Shown here piece after piece: positions 17,822 through 26,681 of a stretch of DNA of 32,000 nucleotides (position 1 is the first letter of the stretch; each line of letters starts with the position of its first letter). Position numbers and translations under genes: made by a program. Source of the stretch: Methanopyrus kandleri AV19 (GTDB lineage Archaea > JAADCQ01 > Methanopyri > Methanopyrales > Methanopyraceae); contig NC_003551.1 in NCBI RefSeq assembly GCF_000007185.1, positions 60,001 to 92,000 of the forward strand. The letters run 5' to 3'. The notes under the pieces are model-generated. The model saw only the letters and a program-made list of their open reading frames with translations, did no database searches and was not told where the DNA came from.

Positions 17822-18321
17822 AGGCTTGGGTCGGTCTACCCGGCTGTATAGGTTGCGTTCTGTGCGCGGAGGCGTGTCCGATCGGCGCCATAGAGATCGT
17901 CGACGGCCGGCCGCAGAAGTGTATACACTGTGACCCGGAGCGGGCGATGTGCGCGCGGGCTTGCCCCCATCACGCGATCGTTCAGGTGTGCGAAACGCTC
18001 GTGGTGGACCGAGACCGATGTAATGGGTGCGGAAAGTGTGCCGAGGCCTGCCCAGTAGGCGGGATATTCATCCGCGAGGACGTCGCCGTGAAGTGTGACA
18101 ACTGCTTGGACCGAGACTACCCCGCGTGTGTGGAAGTATGTCCAGTGGCCGGCGCGGACGTGGCTCCCGTGAACGAGCGAGTTTTATGGAGACGATCCCG
18201 AGCTGCCCGCACACTCCGAAACTTGCCGGGGAGTGGGGGTCATGCCCGACGACTCGGATCGAGAGCTGCTCGAAAGCATAGCCGAAGCCACAGTCGAAGC
18301 GTTGCGCGTGGCCGAAACTAA
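17794..18321 (+). CDS. PorE/F-like polyferredoxin of the por operon; 5' end uncertain
   Basis: Fe-S ligand sets [62 protein letters not shown] track starts at 17641 inside porB; in-frame GTG at 17794 is more plausible. Confidence 0.85.
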   Translation: MEGARREGVKAWVGLPGCIGCVLCAEACPIGAIEIVDGRPQKCIHCDPERAMCARACPHHAIVQVCETLVVDRDRCNGCGKCAEACPVGGIFIREDVAVKCDNCLDRDYPACVEVCPVAGADVAPVNERVLWRRSRAARTLRNLPGSGGHARRLGSRAARKHSRSHSRSVARGRN

Positions 18322-19153
18322 GCTTCCGGATGACGTGCTGGAGAGGGTCGAACGGGCCCTGGAGGAGGAAGAAGACGACCATGCCCGGATGATGCTGGAG
18401 GCGATCCTTGAGAACGTCCGCATCGCCGAGGAGAAAGGACTACCGATGTGCCAAGACACCGGACTGATCACGGTCTTTGCGGAGATCGGCCGCGAGTTCC
18501 CGCTGAGGCTGGCCGGGACCATCCGGGACGGGATCGAGGAGGGTATCCGGCGGGCCACGGAGGAGATACCACTTCGACCTAACGTGGTCCATCCGATCAG
18601 TAGGGAGAACACAGGTGATAACACCGGAGATCGTGTACCCATCGTGCGGTTCCTTCCGACCAAAGGGGAGGAGTTGAGGCTCCACTTCCTGCCCAAAGGT
18701 TTCGGGTCCGAGAACTCCAGCGCCGTGACTCGGTTATTACCCACGGAAGGGTTGGAAGGCGTCCGCGAGTTCGTGATCAAGACCGTGCGCGAGGCCGGCG
18801 GGATGCCGTGCCCACCGATCGTGCTGGGCGTGGGAGTCGGAGGTACGATCGATGAGGCCGCGCACTTGGCCAAGCTGGCCCTGTTCCGACCACTGAACGT
18901 CAGGAATCCGGACCCGGAGATCGCGAAGCTGGAGGAAGAGCTACTGGAGGAGATCAACCGGCTGGGCGTAGGTCCAATGGGTCTCGGGGGTCGAACTACG
19001 GCACTGGCGGTCAACGTCGAGCTAGCTTACACCCACACGGCCGGGCTGCCGGTGGCAGTGAATGTACAGTGCTGGGCGGCCCGGAGGGCGACCGCGATCG
19101 TGTACCCGGACGGCTTCTTCGAGGTCACTCAACGCGAGTATCCGCGGGGGTAA
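18233..19153 (+). CDS. fumA: Class I fumarate hydratase, alpha (N-terminal) subunit
   Basis: KGLPMCQDTGLITVFAEIG; NVVHPISRENTGDNTG; LPKGFGSENSSAVTRLLPTEG; PCPPIVLGVGVGGTIDEAAHLAK. Confidence 0.92.
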   Translation: MGVMPDDSDRELLESIAEATVEALRVAETKLPDDVLERVERALEEEEDDHARMMLEAILENVRIAEEKGLPMCQDTGLITVFAEIGREFPLRLAGTIRDGIEEGIRRATEEIPLRPNVVHPISRENTGDNTGDRVPIVRFLPTKGEELRLHFLPKGFGSENSSAVTRLLPTEGLEGVREFVIKTVREAGGMPCPPIVLGVGVGGTIDEAAHLAKLALFRPLNVRNPDPEIAKLEEELLEEINRLGVGPMGLGGRTTALAVNVELAYTHTAGLPVAVNVQCWAARRATAIVYPDGFFEVTQREYPRG

Positions 19154-19157
19154 TCGA

Positions 19158-19691
19158 TTGACCGAACACCACCTGGAAGTCCCTCTCGAGAAGGAGGAAC
19201 GGCTCACCGAGCTGGAGGTAGGCGATGTAGTGTACCTGAGCGGAACCATAATCACGGCTCGCGACAAAGCCCACCAGCGGATTTTCGAGGAAGGTGAGGA
19301 ACCCCCCGTAGATCTCGAAGGAGCCGCCGTGTTCCACGCGGGTCCCGTGGTCAGGCGCGTCGACGACGGCTACGAGCTGGTGGTGATAGGCCCCACGACG
19401 AGCACGCGGATGGCGAAGTACCTCGAGGATATCGTGGATGCGGGCGTGAAGTTGATCGTCGGGAAGGGAGGCATGGGTCCAGACGCCCCCGAGGTGATGA
19501 AGGATCGCGCCGTATACCTCACGGCGCCGGGAGGGTGCGCCGCGCTCCTTGCCGAGCGGGTGAAAAGCATCCGAGAGGTGCACTGGTTGGACCTCGGAGT
19601 CCCCGAAGCGATATGGGTCCTGGAGGTGGAGGAGTTCGGCCCGCTAATAGTCACCGTGGACGCGCACGGTAACGAGCTGGCGGGTGAGTGA
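19158..19691 (+). CDS. fumB: Class I fumarate hydratase, beta (C-terminal) subunit
   Basis: VGDVVYLSGTIITARDKAHQRI; GPTTSTRM; LIVGKGGM; YLTAPGGCAALLAERV. TTG start at 19158 just after the fumA stop; 19062 start would overlap fumA. Confidence 0.92.
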   Translation: MTEHHLEVPLEKEERLTELEVGDVVYLSGTIITARDKAHQRIFEEGEEPPVDLEGAAVFHAGPVVRRVDDGYELVVIGPTTSTRMAKYLEDIVDAGVKLIVGKGGMGPDAPEVMKDRAVYLTAPGGCAALLAERVKSIREVHWLDLGVPEAIWVLEVEEFGPLIVTVDAHGNELAGE

Positions 19692-19694
19692 ACC

Positions 19695-20291
19695 GTGTAC
19701 GTCGGCCGGTTTTTACTCGCCGGGAAGCTGGAGGACGGGACACCGATCGCCGTATACGGCGTCTGCAGTCGCAGCTTCTCGGATCGACGTATCGAGGTCC
19801 GTGAGGGTGCGGCGTTCGTGGTTCCTGAAGATCCGAGCTACATCACCGAGAACCCGTACGTGACCTACACCTGCGCCCGGATCGTCGACGAGTTCCTGGT
19901 GCTCACCAACGGCGCCCAGACAGATCCTATCGCGGACAAGCTGGAGTCGGGAGTACCACCCAGGGAGGCGCTCGTATCCGTCACCTTCGCGATGGATTAC
20001 GAACACGACGAGTACAATACACCGAGGATCTCCCTGATCACGGACGGCGAAACGTTCTGGCTAGGACGGGTCGCACCGGAGGAAGTGTACTTCAGGGTCA
20101 TGAAGCCGAAGGACGGTGAGGGGTACTTACTGTCCGTGTACGGGGAGTACGCCGAGGTCCCGTCGAAACCCAACATGACCCTCGATCGGGAGGACCCGCT
20201 GGAGTGCGATCCGGTACCGTCCTTCGAGCACTACGTTTGCTCGGTGATCGCACGGCACGATGGCGGCCGTTGGTCCCTCGAGGCCAGGTGA
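19695..20291 (+). CDS. purO: Archaeal IMP cyclohydrolase
   Basis: MYVGRFLLAGKLEDGTPIAVYGVCSRSFSDRRI; YNTPRISLI; characteristic PurO sequence. Confidence 0.92.
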   Translation: MYVGRFLLAGKLEDGTPIAVYGVCSRSFSDRRIEVREGAAFVVPEDPSYITENPYVTYTCARIVDEFLVLTNGAQTDPIADKLESGVPPREALVSVTFAMDYEHDEYNTPRISLITDGETFWLGRVAPEEVYFRVMKPKDGEGYLLSVYGEYAEVPSKPNMTLDREDPLECDPVPSFEHYVCSVIARHDGGRWSLEAR

Positions 20292-20292
20292 G

Positions 20293-22284
20293 TCAGCCTA
20301 CCTCCAACAGCCTCGCGTTTCCGGGCGGCATAGCCCTCATCACGTCGTCTACAGTCAGATAACGGCGTAGGTTCTCCACCTCCTTCTTGAACAGCTCGAA
20401 GAGCCTCCTGGCGACGTCGGATTTGCGCTCGTTTCCAGGCTCCAAGACGCCGTACGTCATGCAGTGTTTCTTCACGGCGGAGACTGGTCCGCCCATTACC
20501 CTGTACCCACCCTCCACCTCTTGGACACCGATTGCCACCTTCAGCTCCGTTCGACGGAACCAGTTACGTTTACCGCGGATGATAGCACCTCCGTGGGGGG
20601 CCTCGGCGGACTTGTCTACCTGATCGGCCGTCACCCAGTAAACATCAGCGGCTTTAAGGCCCCAACGCCACGCTCGGGAATACGAAGCCGCGAAGATCGC
20701 CGCCTCGCGTAGGGTCGTCTCCGGGACCTCCTCGCCCTCAGTCTTGATCACGACATGTGGAGCTCCGTGCACGTGAGCGTGGACGAGGATGTCGTGCTCC
20801 TCCAGGTAGCGCCGCAGTATGATCTCGTTGGTATGAGCGTCCGAGCCGCCTATGACTACGAAACCGTCGGAAGAGATGAACCACCTGAACCGCTCGTACC
20901 AGTCCTTCTTGCGACGCTTCGTGAGCTCGACGGTCAGTTCCTCGAGCTCCACCTCGGGTGGGCCCTCTTCGAGTAGCTTCTCGAGTTCGCGCTCCTGCTC
21001 TCGAAGAACCTCCTGAGCGCGCTCGGCCTTACGTTCTAGCTCCTTCGCACGATCGAAAAGCTTGGAAGCCGTGGAGTGAACGTCCGAGTCGATCGGTACG
21101 GGCACGGTTACCTCGCCGTTCTCACCCGGCAACCTGAGGATCACGCGACGGTTCTCAACGTCGATGTCGGCTATCCTCTCCACTTCCTCGATGCCGGAAC
21201 CCTTAGCCTCTTGGATCCTCCGCTTGATCTCGTCCAGCGAGTACCCCTTGCGTTCTGCCTTCCGGAGCTCGCTCAGGATCCCGTCGACGAGGTTGTAGTT
21301 CAGGTACAGCGCGTTGGCCCGCCCACGGAGTTTCTCCGCCTTTGTACGTAGCTGCTCGATGCTCGAGCGCTGCCTCTCGATCGTCCGCTCGAGGCGACGT
21401 TTCTCACGCTCCCATTCCTCCCGCACTTCGCGTTCCTTCTCCGCCAGGAACTTCGTCACGTAATACTCGTCTAAGGCACGCTGGAAGGTGTCCTGCTCCT
21501 CCATCTCGAGCTCATCGGAGTAGCGTTCGAGCGGCACCGGCGTGACGTCCACGTAATCTCGCTCGGTCGTCCTATAGAGTGTGGGCCGTAGATCTCCCTC
21601 GGATATCTGCTCTAGGAGGTCCCGGAGCGTTTCGTAGAGCTCCTCTAGCTCATCCTCCTCGAACTCGGATGCGTGGGACTCCCGACGCTCGTACAGCCCG
21701 GCCCTCAGGAGCACCTCTTCGGCGTAGAGGCCCCCGAGACCCACGTCTACGGCGAGCGTCCGGACGAGATCGCGGTCGGCCTCGAGTAGTAGTTCCAGGA
21801 AGGCGTCACGGTCGAGCTCGTAAGGATCGGGCGGGCCTTCGGGTGGCTCGTACACTTCACCGGGCACGACGGCCCTGTTACGGAACCGTCTGGCCGGAAA
21901 AGCCCGCTCAATGACGTTGTTCTCGTCCGTTACGGCGAGCGTACCTTTGGGGAGCAGCTCGACATGGACCCTACGGCCCGAACGCAGGTCGAAGCGTAGG
22001 ATTCTATCGAAACCTAGCTGGGTGACGCGCTCGATGCGGTCGCCGGAAAGGGTGTTTCGGAGGGCCTGGGAAACGGAGGTGGGTTGGTCGGGGCTGGGTT
22101 TTGGGCGCCAGGTTAGGTGTACACGCATCCCCGGTTCCCAGACCAGATAATGGGAGCCCACGCCCGGGACGTGAACCTTGACCTTCAGCTCGCGCTCTCC
22201 TACCTGGTATATCTTGTCTATCAAGGCCCCCTCGAGCAAGGAATCTAGTTCGCGGGCCGTGGCGCGTACGTCGAAGGATGTCAT
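20293..22284 (-). CDS. rqcH: NFACT-family ribosome quality control protein RqcH/Rqc2 homologue
   Basis: N-terminal FbpA-like domain; central coiled coils; DUF814 region KRRKKDWYERFRWFISSDGFVVIGGSDAHTNEIILRRYLEEHDILVHAHVHGAPHVVIK. Confidence 0.92.
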   Translation of the reverse strand: MTSFDVRATARELDSLLEGALIDKIYQVGERELKVKVHVPGVGSHYLVWEPGMRVHLTWRPKPSPDQPTSVSQALRNTLSGDRIERVTQLGFDRILRFDLRSGRRVHVELLPKGTLAVTDENNVIERAFPARRFRNRAVVPGEVYEPPEGPPDPYELDRDAFLELLLEADRDLVRTLAVDVGLGGLYAEEVLLRAGLYERRESHASEFEEDELEELYETLRDLLEQISEGDLRPTLYRTTERDYVDVTPVPLERYSDELEMEEQDTFQRALDEYYVTKFLAEKEREVREEWEREKRRLERTIERQRSSIEQLRTKAEKLRGRANALYLNYNLVDGILSELRKAERKGYSLDEIKRRIQEAKGSGIEEVERIADIDVENRRVILRLPGENGEVTVPVPIDSDVHSTASKLFDRAKELERKAERAQEVLREQERELEKLLEEGPPEVELEELTVELTKRRKKDWYERFRWFISSDGFVVIGGSDAHTNEIILRRYLEEHDILVHAHVHGAPHVVIKTEGEEVPETTLREAAIFAASYSRAWRWGLKAADVYWVTADQVDKSAEAPHGGAIIRGKRNWFRRTELKVAIGVQEVEGGYRVMGGPVSAVKKHCMTYGVLEPGNERKSDVARRLFELFKKEVENLRRYLTVDDVMRAMPPGNARLLEVG

Positions 22285-22340
22285 CGCCTCCTTGGACCAC
22301 GCCTTCAGGCCGTGTGACCCCCGGTGGGATCACCGTCGGA

Positions 22341-23552
22341 TCACGCGGTCCTTCTCTTGATCTTCGCCTTGACGGCCTCCTTCCTCCGGACTGTCTCCTC
22401 CTTCTCCTCCTCCCCGAGTACTTCACGGACCAGGTGCCGGATGGCGTTCTTGAAGGCTATAATCAGATCCCAGTCGTGGGCCTTGACCGAGATGACGTTC
22501 CGTGCGTCCTTGACGTGGATACGTACCGAGTACTTGTGTCGGTTACCCTCCTCGTGGTACCGCTTGATGTGGACCTCGACAGCCTCGATCGACGGGCGCA
22601 TCGAGGCGAGCTTCTGAACGGCCGCGGCTATCGACTTACGGAGGATCACCAGGGTGAAGTCGTCGACGTCGTCTACGCCTTTCAGCGACACGAACACACC
22701 GCGCTTCCGCATCAGCTCGGGGATCTTGCGCAGGATGTCCCGCCTCGTCACGACTCCGATGGGCTCCTCGAGCTTATTGACGATCGGCATGCCCCGGATA
22801 CCGTGCTCCACAATCTTCTCACATAGGTCAACCACGGTCTCATCGGGCTCGGCTCGCACACAAGGTGAGCTCATGATATTCTTCACCGGATGACCGAAAG
22901 CGGGCACTTTCTCGCCCTTGCGGTCCATCTTCCCGAGCCTGGTGATCGGCTTGATGACCTCACGGATGATATCCGTGGTGGTGACGATTCCTCGGAGTTT
23001 GTTCGCGTCGTTGACCACCGGGAGTCTGCTGATACCGTGATCGCGCATTATGGCTCGGGCCTTGGCGATGGTATCGTTCTCGTGAATTGTGATCACCGGA
23101 GTGCTCATCACCTCCCGAGCGTCGATCTTGGTTAACTCGTCCGACTCGCGCGCGACGTCGATGATGTCGTACTCCGTTACGAGACCCACAAACTCCCCGT
23201 CCTCCACCACGGGTAAGGCGCGGAGACCCGAATCGATCATCTCGGTGATAGCTTCGACGATGAGCGTGTCGGGGGTGACCGTTTCCGGCTTCATCATCAC
23301 GGTTTCGGGTCTCACGTTCGAGATGTCCGCCACATGAGCGTCCACCACGTCGTAATACGAGATCATCCCCACAACCTTACCATCGTCTACGATGGGTATT
23401 TCCTTCACACCGTGGCGCTCCAACTTCGAGAATATCTTCGACAACGGCTCGCCGGGTTCCGCGGTGATGACCTCCTCAGCGGGCGTCATAATCTCCTCGA
23501 CGGGGCGCTCAAAGATTTCCAACGGATCGCCCCCATAGATGTTTGACGGCAC
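22341..23552 (-). CDS. Protein with four CBS domains
   Basis: Four repeats of the CBS pattern (EIMTPAEEVITAEP..., VMMKPETVTPDT..., REVMSTPVITIHEND..., NIMSSPCVRAEPDE...). ORF extends to 23657, but a GTG start near 23552 (VPSNIYGG) avoids overlap with the divergent gene. Confidence 0.88.
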   Translation of the reverse strand: MPSNIYGGDPLEIFERPVEEIMTPAEEVITAEPGEPLSKIFSKLERHGVKEIPIVDDGKVVGMISYYDVVDAHVADISNVRPETVMMKPETVTPDTLIVEAITEMIDSGLRALPVVEDGEFVGLVTEYDIIDVARESDELTKIDAREVMSTPVITIHENDTIAKARAIMRDHGISRLPVVNDANKLRGIVTTTDIIREVIKPITRLGKMDRKGEKVPAFGHPVKNIMSSPCVRAEPDETVVDLCEKIVEHGIRGMPIVNKLEEPIGVVTRRDILRKIPELMRKRGVFVSLKGVDDVDDFTLVILRKSIAAAVQKLASMRPSIEAVEVHIKRYHEEGNRHKYSVRIHVKDARNVISVKAHDWDLIIAFKNAIRHLVREVLGEEEKEETVRRKEAVKAKIKRRTA

Positions 23553-23619
23553 GACGATGGTTCCGATCACGGCAAAAAAGAAATCGGTACCGGACCCGCG
23601 CCGGCGTCGAGATGGCGAG

Positions 23620-23895
23620 ATGAGGGTGGGTGACTTGAGTGGTGAGCCCGAATACAAGTTGGCGCTAGCGGCAGTTCACCAAGGGCTCGGGATCCTAGCC
23701 GGATACCTATGCGCTACGGGGTACTCTATCGTGCTCGTGATGGCCCTTTTGATCTTGCCGTTCGCCCTCGGTAAGGTCCTGGAGCGATTGCTGGAGCGAG
23801 AGCGTATCGGCGGCGCCAAGGGCTGGTTAGCGTACGGTCTAGGGGCGTACCTCTCGGCGTGGATACTAGTTTGGACGTACTTCATTAACCGGTAA
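23620..23895 (+). CDS. Small membrane protein, likely three TM segments
   Basis: ALAAVHQGLGILAGYLCATGYSIVLVMALLILPFALGKVL...LAYGLGAYLSAWILVWTYF; ORF-track start 23539 probably too far upstream (ATG 23620 or TTG 23635). Confidence 0.6.
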   Translation: MRVGDLSGEPEYKLALAAVHQGLGILAGYLCATGYSIVLVMALLILPFALGKVLERLLERERIGGAKGWLAYGLGAYLSAWILVWTYFINR

Positions 23896-23901
23896 TCGGG
23901 G

Positions 23902-25701
23902 GTGGTATCGATCGGCAGGAGGGTAGCAGTCGTGGACAGGGAGCGGTGCAAAGGAGGATCCAAATGCGACTACGTCTGCCAACGTTTCTGCCCTGGGGTC
24001 AGGACAGGGCGTGAGACCATCACGATCGACGAGGACACCAACAAGCCCGTGATCTCCGAGGAACTGTGCTCCGGCTGCGGTATCTGCGCCCAGAAGTGTC
24101 CCTTCGATGCGATCAAAGTTGTACGCCTCCCCGAGGAGCTAGAGGAAGAATGCGTACACAAGTACGAGGAGGGAGGGTTCCGACTCTACAGGCTCCCCGT
24201 TCCCAAACCCGGGAAGGTCACCGGCGTGATCGGACGCAACGCGATCGGTAAGACCACCGCCGCTAAGATACTCACAGGAGAGCTCAAACCCAACCTAGGG
24301 GATCCTGAAGCGGACCCCGACTGGGACGAGGTGATCCGAGCATTTTCGGGCACGGAGCTCCAGGAACACTTCCGACGTATCGCGGACGGTGATCTCCGAC
24401 CCGTCATGAAGCCGCAGTACGTCGAGGCCCTGCCCAAGGTCGTTAAGGGCCGGGTGAAGGACGTCCTCGAGGACGTAGACGAGCTCGGGGTTGTCGACGA
24501 GCTCATCGAGCGCCTCGGACTGACCGAGGTGACCGACCGACGGATCTCCGACCTCAGCGGTGGAGAGCTGCAGCGTGTCGCTATCGCCGCGGCACTCTCT
24601 CGAGACGCGGACTTCCTGGTTTTCGACGAACCGTGTAGCTACCTCGACGTCGAACAACGACTCTCGCTGGCCCGGTCACTCCGTGAGATCGTCGAGGATC
24701 GAGGTATTCCGATGCTCGTCATCGAGCACGACTTAGCCACACTGGACTACGTCGCCGACGTGGTGCACGTCCTCTATGGAAAGCGTGGTGCGTACGGTGT
24801 GGTGTCCAAGCCGATGGGTGTAGGCAAGGGGATCAACGCGTACCTGAAGGGTTACTTGGAGGCCGAGAACGTCCGCTTCCGGGACGAGGAAGTGGTGCTC
24901 CCGGAGAAACCGGCGGAGGCCGAGGCGGGTGAGCGAGACACCCTCGTGGAGTACGGCGAGCTCGTCAAGGAATACGACGGCGACTTCAGGCTCGAAGTGG
25001 AGCCGGGCGAAATTCGTGTCGGGGAGATCATCGGAGCCCTCGGGCCTAACGCCATCGGTAAGACGACCTTCGTTAAGCTCCTGGCCGGAGTACTCGAGCC
25101 TACCGGAGGAGGAGTCGATGTCGACGTTAAGGTCTCGTACAAGCCGCAGTACCTGGAGGTGGATTCGGATGAACCCGTCGAGCAAGTGCTACGAAGGACC
25201 GCCGGTTCGGAGTGGGGATCGAGCTGGTACCGGAGCAACATCGTGGAGCCACTGGACTTAGAGTACCTGTTCGATAGACCCTTGTGTGAGCTGAGCGGCG
25301 GTGAGCTGCAGCGCGTAGCCGTGGCGGCCGCCCTATCCCGGGAAGCCGATCTGTACCTTCTAGACGAGCCTAGCGCGTATTTGGACGTTGAAGAGAGGAT
25401 CAACACCGCCCGCGTCATCAGACGGGTGATCGAAGCACGGGATGCTGCCGCCATCGTAGTCGACCACGACTTACTCCTGCTAGACTACATCAGTGACAGG
25501 ATGATGGTGTTCGAAGGCGAGCCAGGAAAGCACGGACGTGCGAATCCGCCGGAGAGTAAACGGGAAGCCATGAACAGGTTTCTGTCGAACTTAGGCGTGA
25601 CGTTCAGGCGGGACCCGGAGACACGGAGGCCGAGAGCCAACAAGCCCGGCAGTCACCGTGACCGTGAACAGAAGCGTCGTGGTGAGTACTTCTACGCGTA
25701 G
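23902..25701 (+). CDS. ABCE1/Rli1 ribosome-recycling ATPase with N-terminal Fe-S domain
   Basis: CKGGSKCDYVCQRFCPGVRTG, CSGCGICAQKCPFDAI; two ABC cassettes GRNAIGKTT/LSGGELQRVAIAAAL and GPNAIGKTTF/LSGGELQRVAVAAAL, characteristic hinge. Confidence 0.97.
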   Translation: MVSIGRRVAVVDRERCKGGSKCDYVCQRFCPGVRTGRETITIDEDTNKPVISEELCSGCGICAQKCPFDAIKVVRLPEELEEECVHKYEEGGFRLYRLPVPKPGKVTGVIGRNAIGKTTAAKILTGELKPNLGDPEADPDWDEVIRAFSGTELQEHFRRIADGDLRPVMKPQYVEALPKVVKGRVKDVLEDVDELGVVDELIERLGLTEVTDRRISDLSGGELQRVAIAAALSRDADFLVFDEPCSYLDVEQRLSLARSLREIVEDRGIPMLVIEHDLATLDYVADVVHVLYGKRGAYGVVSKPMGVGKGINAYLKGYLEAENVRFRDEEVVLPEKPAEAEAGERDTLVEYGELVKEYDGDFRLEVEPGEIRVGEIIGALGPNAIGKTTFVKLLAGVLEPTGGGVDVDVKVSYKPQYLEVDSDEPVEQVLRRTAGSEWGSSWYRSNIVEPLDLEYLFDRPLCELSGGELQRVAVAAALSREADLYLLDEPSAYLDVEERINTARVIRRVIEARDAAAIVVDHDLLLLDYISDRMMVFEGEPGKHGRANPPESKREAMNRFLSNLGVTFRRDPETRRPRANKPGSHRDREQKRRGEYFYA

Positions 25702-25848
25702 GGGACCTCCCACGGCACTAGCCGACGAAAACGCGTCGGTCTCGAGCTCCACCGATTCTCGGACAGCAACATACCCCGACAACGTCCCGGAGGCCCTTTA
25801 TGTTGAAATATGGAAACATAATTGTATTTTTAGGTTCATACGGTTTAT

Positions 25849-25939
25849 GCATGATCCGTGCATGGAAGTTGAATGATAGTACGTAAATAGTATGGTACCA
25901 ATGCATAGATTACATGAGCGTTATCGCATGGTCCGTGCA
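25849..25939 (+). repeat. Near-identical 14-mer direct repeat GCATGATCCGTGCA (25849-25862) / GCATGGTCCGTGCA (25926-25939)
   Basis: Read directly from the sequence; 13/14 identical, 77 bp apart. Confidence 0.75.
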
Positions 25940-25984
25940 AGTGTAACGTATTATCGTCGAAGAATCGTAATATTATTTACGTAC
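25879..25984. repeat. 11-bp perfect inverted repeat GTACGTAAATA (25879-25889) / TATTTACGTAC (25974-25984)
   Basis: Read directly from the sequence. Confidence 0.85.
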
Positions 25985-25998
25985 AATTTTTCGACAAT
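25953..25998. repeat. Imperfect hairpin, arms about 17 nt: ATCGTCGAAGAATCGTA (25953-25969) / TACAATTTTTCGACAAT (25982-25998)
   Basis: Arms pair at all but two positions (allowing one G-U), 12-nt AT-rich loop. Confidence 0.7.
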
Positions 25999-26098
25999 CA
26001 TACACAGACCGTAATATCCAACATCGAGTTAACGCCCGCGGGAAGTTCAAAAACTCGATTTATTTGCGGAAAAGACAGTTCGGAGCGTGGGCGGGGAG

Positions 26099-26650
26099 TC
26101 AGAGCTCCGTTTCGAACTCCTCAGTCTCCAACCGATCACCCTTGAGCATGTACAGCTTCATCCACACCTCTTTACCGTCGATGGTGCCGTACATGAACGA
26201 CGGACCCGGGCTAGGACCTCCACCCGACGGTACGCCGGTAAGGCTCCCCGGGTTTACGATCAGCACACCTCGGTGCTCCTTGAACTCCGGCCTGTGGGTG
26301 TGACCCGTGAAGATAACGTCGGCCCCCTCTTCCTCGGCTATCGCCGCGAGCTGGTCCGGGTCGCCCCTCGGATGGACCCCGCTGCCGTGATCTACCGTCA
26401 CCTTGACTTCTCCGATATCTTCGGTCACCCTGGGAGGTAGCGGGAGCCCGAAGTCGCAGTTCCCCACCACCATCAGGGCTTTTTCACCGAGTGACGCTAT
26501 CCACTCTATGGTGTCCTCGGTCGTATAGTCCCCGGGTGAAATCACCACGTCCACGGGAGCGAGCTCCTCGATCTTTCGCTTCAGAGTGTGTGGAACTTCC
26601 TGCGCACGCTCGGGAATGTGAGCGTCCCCGAGCACCAGTACCGTGATCAT
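26099..26650 (-). CDS. MJ0936/YfcE-like calcineurin-superfamily phosphodiesterase
   Basis: MITVLVLGDAHIPERA; VISPGDYTTEDT; VVGNCDF; VDHGSGVHPRGD; VIFTGHTHRPEF; LIVNPGSLTGVP. Confidence 0.92.
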   Translation of the reverse strand: MITVLVLGDAHIPERAQEVPHTLKRKIEELAPVDVVISPGDYTTEDTIEWIASLGEKALMVVGNCDFGLPLPPRVTEDIGEVKVTVDHGSGVHPRGDPDQLAAIAEEEGADVIFTGHTHRPEFKEHRGVLIVNPGSLTGVPSGGGPSPGPSFMYGTIDGKEVWMKLYMLKGDRLETEEFETEL

Positions 26651-26681
26651 CGCTAGCCCCCTATCCGCGTATCATCGGAGA

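Larger units (their letters stand above)
25801..26030. other. AT-rich intergenic island with inverted and direct repeats
   Basis: Counted 89 G+C in 240 nt (25801-26040, about 37%) in an otherwise GC-rich window; contains several repeat pairs listed separately; no convincing ORF. Confidence 0.75.

Noticed and set aside
19713-20006. ORFs antisense to purO and elsewhere antisense to por/fum genes, such as 18184..19014
   Set aside because: The sense frames match well-known enzymes; the antisense ORFs are Ser/Pro-rich shadows expected from codon bias.
22278-23546. A string of + strand ORFs antisense to the CBS-domain gene
   Set aside because: The minus-strand frame encodes four clear CBS domains; the antisense products look like Ser/Thr/His-rich translation noise.
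25718-25906. Short minus-strand ORF (62 aa) in the AT-rich island
   Set aside because: Half overlaps the ABCE1-downstream spacer in an AT-rich region, no recognisable domain, no evidence of coding constraint.
25780-26060. AT-rich island as an insertion sequence or CRISPR array
   Set aside because: No transposase/integrase-like ORF, and the repeat copies are too few, too short and not regularly spaced like a CRISPR array.
26064-26440. ORFs 26064..26303 and 26087..26440 on the + strand
   Set aside because: Antisense to the well-supported MJ0936-like phosphodiesterase.
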